Source: an uncultured Eggerthellaceae bacterium (GTDB lineage: Bacteria > Actinomycetota > Coriobacteriia > Coriobacteriales > Eggerthellaceae). From it: DNA of 64,000 bases. The position numbers and the translations under genes were made by a program. Shown piece after piece: positions 60,089 through 64,000 of this stretch (its first letter is position 1; each line of letters opens with the position of its first letter). The notes below the pieces were generated by a model that ran no database searches, was not told the DNA's origin, and saw only the letters and a list, made by a program, of their open reading frames with translations. Location of the stretch: NCBI GenBank assembly GCA_944320405.1, contig CALUHI010000031.1:2031-66030 (forward strand), in the 5' to 3' direction.

Positions 60089-63000
60089 GTGGCGAGCGCG
60101 TTCAATAAGGAGATTCGGCGGTCCATTCGCCAGACGCTTGGGCGCTTTGTTGCCATCGCCGTGATCGCCGCGCTTGGTGCTGGGTTCTACGCGGGGCTTC
60201 GCATGTCGGCGCCGGACATGAAGATAGCCGCAGATCAGAACTACGACGGCACCAATCTCATGGACATCCGCGTCATGTCGACGCTGGGCCTTTCTGATGC
60301 CGAAGTCGACACGCTTCGCAGTGTGGAGGGCGTCGAGGCTGTCATGCCTGCCTACGAAGTTGACGCGGTCTCCGAGATCGATGGCAGCCAGTACGTCGTG
60401 CGCATCCACTCCCTTGATGTTGATGCAGCGAAGGTGAGCGATGTGTCGGACGGCATGACCGCTGTTTCCGATGATGCTGACTACATCAACCGCCTGGTGC
60501 TAACCGAGGGCGAATGGCCCGACGAGCCGGGGGAGTGCCTGCTTGGCGAAGACGTCGTCATGGACACAGACGTTGCAGTGGGCGACACCGTGGTGCTGAC
60601 CGAAGGCACAGGCGAGCTTTCCGATACGCTGAACACGACCGAATTCACCATAACGGGGTTCGCGCGTTGCTCCTACTATGCTTCGCCTACCAACTTGGGC
60701 ACCACGTCGTTGGGAAGCGGCGTGGTGGACCAGTTCGCCTATGTTCCCGCTGAAACGTTTTCTGACGACATCCCCTATACCGAAGCGTTCCTGACGGTTG
60801 AGGGTGCGCGCGACGAAGCTGCTTCGAGCGCTGCGTACGACGAGGTCGTTGCACGCGTGACCGAACGTCTCGAATCGATGGAAGGCGACTTCAACGCGGC
60901 GCGCTTGGACGACATCAAGGGTTCGGCGCAGCGCGAGCTGGACGATGCGCGCGCGGATTACGAGAAGCAAAAGGCCGACGCGCAGAAGCAGCTGGACGAT
61001 GCGAAGCGCCAGTTGGACGACGCAAAGGCGCAGCTTGATGATGCAGCGGCGACCATCGCGCAAAGCGAGCGGGAGATCGCCGACGGCCAAGCGGAATACG
61101 ACGCGGGCGTGTCCGAACTTGCATCCCAGCGCGAGGCGGCTGAAGCCCAGCTGGCCGATGCTCAGGCTCAGCTGGACGAAGGGCGTGCCCAGTACGAAGA
61201 CGCCATGGCGTTGCGTGCCGATCTGCAGGAACAGCTGGGCGCCGCGCAAAACGGGTTGGCGGCAATTGATGCGCAGGTTCCCGACATCGACGCGGCATTG
61301 GAGGAAGCGCAAGCGGGGCTTTCTCAGGTGAAGCAGGTCCTCGCGCAGCTCGAGCAGATGGGCGCAGCCGATCCGGACAGCCCGATGCACGCTGCTTACC
61401 AGGAGTGCCTTGATCAGAAGACGACGGCTGAAGCCGGCATTGCGCAGCTTGAAGGCCTGAAGGAGCAGCGTGTTGAAATCGTCGCGGGCATCCCTCAGCT
61501 GGAGGCTGGAATCGCGCAGATTGGCGATCAGACGGCGGGCCTTTCCGCACAATACTTCGAAGACGCCCAGGCGCGGCTTGATGAAGAGCGCGCCGCAGCC
61601 GAAGAGCAGCTTGCTGCAGCCCAGTCCCAGCTTGATGATGCGGCGTCTCAACTCGCCAGCGGTCGTGCCCAGCTGGCGGAAGGCCGCACTGACTACGAAG
61701 ACGGCATCGCCGAATACGAAAGCGGGCTTGCCGAATATGAGCGCAACTACGACGAAGCGCAGCGCCAGTTCGCCGAGGCGGAAGAGCAGCTTGTTGATGC
61801 GCAGCGCCAGATCGACGACATAGTAGACCCGCAGTTCTACGTGCTTGATCGCACCAAGCTCATCGGCGCGGAGAGCTTCGATTCCGACGCGAACCGCATC
61901 GACCAGATCGCGCAGGTGTTCCCGTTCATCTTCTTCCTGGTGGCGGCGCTTGTGTCGCTTACCACCATGACGCGCATGGTCGAGGAAGAGCGCGTGCTCA
62001 TCGGCACGCACAAGGCGCTTGGCTACGGCAAGATGCGCATCACGTCGAAGTACCTGATCTACGCGCTGGCGGCAAGCGGCTTGGGCGCACTTGTGGGCAT
62101 CGCGGCGCTCACACAGTTTTTGCCGTACTTCATCATGAACGCATACTCCATCGTGTACGCCGTGCCGCAGCGCCCAACTCCCATCGATCCTGGTTTGGCA
62201 GCGCTTTCCGCCGGTCTGTCCATCGGCATTACGCTGGTGGCAACCTGGGCGGCCGCCGCTTCCACGCTGCGTGAATCGCCTGCTGCGCTCATGCAGCCGC
62301 GTGCGCCGAAGGCAGGCAAGCGCATCCTGCTGGAGCGCATTCCCTTCATCTGGCGACGCTTCTCGTTCTCGTGGAAGGTGACGGCGCGCAACATCTTCCG
62401 CTACAAACAGCGCTTCTTCATGGCGGTTGTCGGCATTGCCGGCTGCACGGCGCTGCTGCTTACCGGTTTGGGTTTGCAAAACGCCATCAACGACATCATC
62501 GACAAGCAGTTCTACCAGATCTACCGTTACAGCATGGTGGTTCGTGTGGATGCCGAGGTCGAGTCGGCGCACGATGCGGTGTCCAACGTGCTAGACGACG
62601 ACGCGCAGGCGGTAGGGGCGTATGAGTGGCTGCACACCGCCAACGTGATCGCGGTGGAAGAGGGTGCCAAGGATCAACGCTTGGAGCTCGTGGTGCCGGA
62701 GGATCCTGCGGCATCGGGCGATTACGTGCTCATGCGCGAGCGCGTGGGGCATGACCCGCTCTCTCTTTCCGACGACGGCGTTATCGTCAGCGAGAAACTT
62801 GCACACGAGCTGGGGCTTGGCGTGGGCGACAACATCAGCGTCTACCGCGAGGACGACATCGGCAACGCCACCGGCGATGCGGCGGTCATTCCCATTGCCG
62901 GCATCATGGAAAACTACGTGAGCCAATACCTGTTCATCACGCCAGCGCTCTACGGGGAAGCGTTCGACGAAGAGCTTGAATGGGACACGATTTACGCCCA

Positions 63001-63523
63001 AACTACCGACGACACTTCCCAGCGCGCCCGCTTGTCCGAGGAGCTGTTGGACACCCCCGGCGTGAAGACGGTTGGGTTCAACGACGAGCAAATTGATTCG
63101 TACCGCACGATGCTCACCAGCGTCGATTCCGTCGTGGTGGTGCTGATCGTCGCGGCGGCCGTGCTTGCGTTCGTGGTGCTGTACAACCTCACCAACATCA
63201 ACATCGCCGAACGTGCGCGCGAGATCGCCACGCTGAAGGTGCTCGGGTTCACGCGCAAAGAGGTAAACGCCTACATCTTCCGCGAAACGATGATCCTTTC
63301 TGTCATCGGTGCCGCGTGTGGCTTGGTGCTGGGCATCTTCCTAGAAGCGTTCGTGGTTCAGACCGCCGAGGTGGACCAGGTGATGTTCGGCCGCGAGATC
63401 CATGTGCTCAGCTTCGTGATCGCCTACGCGCTCACACTCGTGTTCACCGTGCTCGTCATGCTGGCAATGCGCCGCAAACTCCGCGCCATCGACATGGTAG
63501 AAAGCCTCAAGTCAAACGAGTAA
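60089..63523 (+). CDS. Large FtsX/MacB-type ABC transporter permease with two FtsX modules and a ~300-aa coiled-coil extracytoplasmic insert
   Basis: 1144 aa. The N-terminal TM is followed by a MacB-like periplasmic domain. Ala/Gln/Glu/Asp-rich heptad-like region (QLDDAKRQLDDAKAQLDDAAA...). FtsX 4-TM bundles lie at ~aa 590-760 and 1010-1140. GTG start. Confidence 0.8.
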   Translation: MASAFNKEIRRSIRQTLGRFVAIAVIAALGAGFYAGLRMSAPDMKIAADQNYDGTNLMDIRVMSTLGLSDAEVDTLRSVEGVEAVMPAYEVDAVSEIDGSQYVVRIHSLDVDAAKVSDVSDGMTAVSDDADYINRLVLTEGEWPDEPGECLLGEDVVMDTDVAVGDTVVLTEGTGELSDTLNTTEFTITGFARCSYYASPTNLGTTSLGSGVVDQFAYVPAETFSDDIPYTEAFLTVEGARDEAASSAAYDEVVARVTERLESMEGDFNAARLDDIKGSAQRELDDARADYEKQKADAQKQLDDAKRQLDDAKAQLDDAAATIAQSEREIADGQAEYDAGVSELASQREAAEAQLADAQAQLDEGRAQYEDAMALRADLQEQLGAAQNGLAAIDAQVPDIDAALEEAQAGLSQVKQVLAQLEQMGAADPDSPMHAAYQECLDQKTTAEAGIAQLEGLKEQRVEIVAGIPQLEAGIAQIGDQTAGLSAQYFEDAQARLDEERAAAEEQLAAAQSQLDDAASQLASGRAQLAEGRTDYEDGIAEYESGLAEYERNYDEAQRQFAEAEEQLVDAQRQIDDIVDPQFYVLDRTKLIGAESFDSDANRIDQIAQVFPFIFFLVAALVSLTTMTRMVEEERVLIGTHKALGYGKMRITSKYLIYALAASGLGALVGIAALTQFLPYFIMNAYSIVYAVPQRPTPIDPGLAALSAGLSIGITLVATWAAAASTLRESPAALMQPRAPKAGKRILLERIPFIWRRFSFSWKVTARNIFRYKQRFFMAVVGIAGCTALLLTGLGLQNAINDIIDKQFYQIYRYSMVVRVDAEVESAHDAVSNVLDDDAQAVGAYEWLHTANVIAVEEGAKDQRLELVVPEDPAASGDYVLMRERVGHDPLSLSDDGVIVSEKLAHELGLGVGDNISVYREDDIGNATGDAAVIPIAGIMENYVSQYLFITPALYGEAFDEELEWDTIYAQTTDDTSQRARLSEELLDTPGVKTVGFNDEQIDSYRTMLTSVDSVVVVLIVAAAVLAFVVLYNLTNINIAERAREIATLKVLGFTRKEVNAYIFRETMILSVIGAACGLVLGIFLEAFVVQTAEVDQVMFGREIHVLSFVIAYALTLVFTVLVMLAMRRKLRAIDMVESLKSNE

Positions 63524-63526
63524 ATC

Positions 63527-63676
63527 GTGACAGGGAAAACGTGACAGGGGACGGTCCTTCTGTCACATCTGAATAATTGGACAGAAGGAGCGTTGCTCCC
63601 GTGCGCTCCTGCCGCTCGTGGCGATGGCAATTATCCAAACGTGACAGAAGGACCGTCCCCTGTCACACCCTGTCAC
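63527..63676. repeat. Composite/degenerate REPIN-like locus
   Basis: Components in order: partial arm 63527-63535; intact left arm 63541-63567; loop tctgaataat; degenerate right arm ~63579-63606; ~30-nt unrelated filler; reversed loop ttatccaaa; intact right arm 63641-63666; partial ccctgtcac 63668-63676. Confidence 0.85.
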
Positions 63677-63801
63677 ATTGTCGCTGGCGGACTATGGCTT
63701 CTGGTATGAATGCTTGGTCCCAGACGCATATCGTGATGTGCGTGGTGGAGGGGTGCGCTACAATGGCACACAATGCATTCAGACGTTGGAGAGGTTCCAA
63801 G

Positions 63802-64000
63802 ATGAAAATCACCCAGAAGAAAACCGACGACGGCAAGATCTTGGTGAGCGCCGTTGCTTCCACCGAAGAGGTGACCAAAGCGCTTAACGCCGCCCACATC
63901 GGCTTCGCCAACCAGATGGGCCTGCGCCCCGAGCAGGGCAAGACCGTGGCGCAGGTTGCCGAAGAGCGCATGGGCATTCGCGACCTGGATTCCGTGGTGG
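63802..64000 (+). CDS. Trigger-factor N-terminal-domain-like protein (3'-truncated by the window end), lacking the GFRxGxxP signature
   Basis: ATG 63802 behind GGAGAGG. MKITQKKTDDGKILVSAVASTEEVTKALNAAHIGFANQMGLRPEQGKTVAQVAEERMG parallels the N-terminus of tig in this window. Confidence 0.45.
   Translation, partial: MKITQKKTDDGKILVSAVASTEEVTKALNAAHIGFANQMGLRPEQGKTVAQVAEERMGIRDLDSVV

Overview
This is a high-GC (roughly 60-65% by eye) actinobacterial-type chromosomal segment. The protein families and the str/S10 ribosomal genes look Coriobacteriia/Eggerthellaceae-like, but that taxon call is inference only. I support about 55 protein-coding genes and found no rRNA, tRNA or CRISPR array. Housekeeping genes: carB, tig, a slyD-like PPIase, fused L-serine dehydratase, family-II pyrophosphatase, addB-addA, and rpsL-rpsG-fusA-rpsJ-rplC-rplD-rplW. 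Accessory content, left to right: (1) an LRR protein, a DUF2201-type vWA/metallopeptidase and a MoxR AAA+ ATPase fused to a SAM-methyltransferase; (2) an MFS gene, two tandem nuclease-less DUF262 paralogs and a TetR gene, each bracketed by a perfect 27-bp inverted-doublet (REPIN-like) repeat; (3) an ISLre2-like chimeric gene carrying a copy of the carB 5' leader; (4) a LysR/amidohydrolase/MFS cluster; (5) a TetR gene, a macro-HTH fusion, a vWA protein, a CN-hydrolase and a methyltransferase; (6) a defence island with a GmrSD-like enzyme, a 114-aa unknown and a Gabija-like OLD ATPase plus short UvrD helicase, followed by an XRE gene, an unannotated 27-aa hydrophobic peptide ORF, an SRAP gene and a phosphoesterase; (7) a Tat-less bis-MGD oxidoreductase with FeS and DmsC-like subunits; (8) hicAB directly upstream of addBA, behind a perfect Cheo/LexA-type palindrome. 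The S10 operon stops after rplW at a textbook terminator and is followed by an orphan giant FtsX-type permease. The most interesting candidates are the vWA-MoxR-MTase-LRR module, the DUF262 doublet with its repeat-bracketed neighbourhood, the REPIN-like family (including one arm in frame inside addB), the duplicated carB leader and the small peptide ORF. All functional calls rest on motif recognition by eye; no database searches were run.
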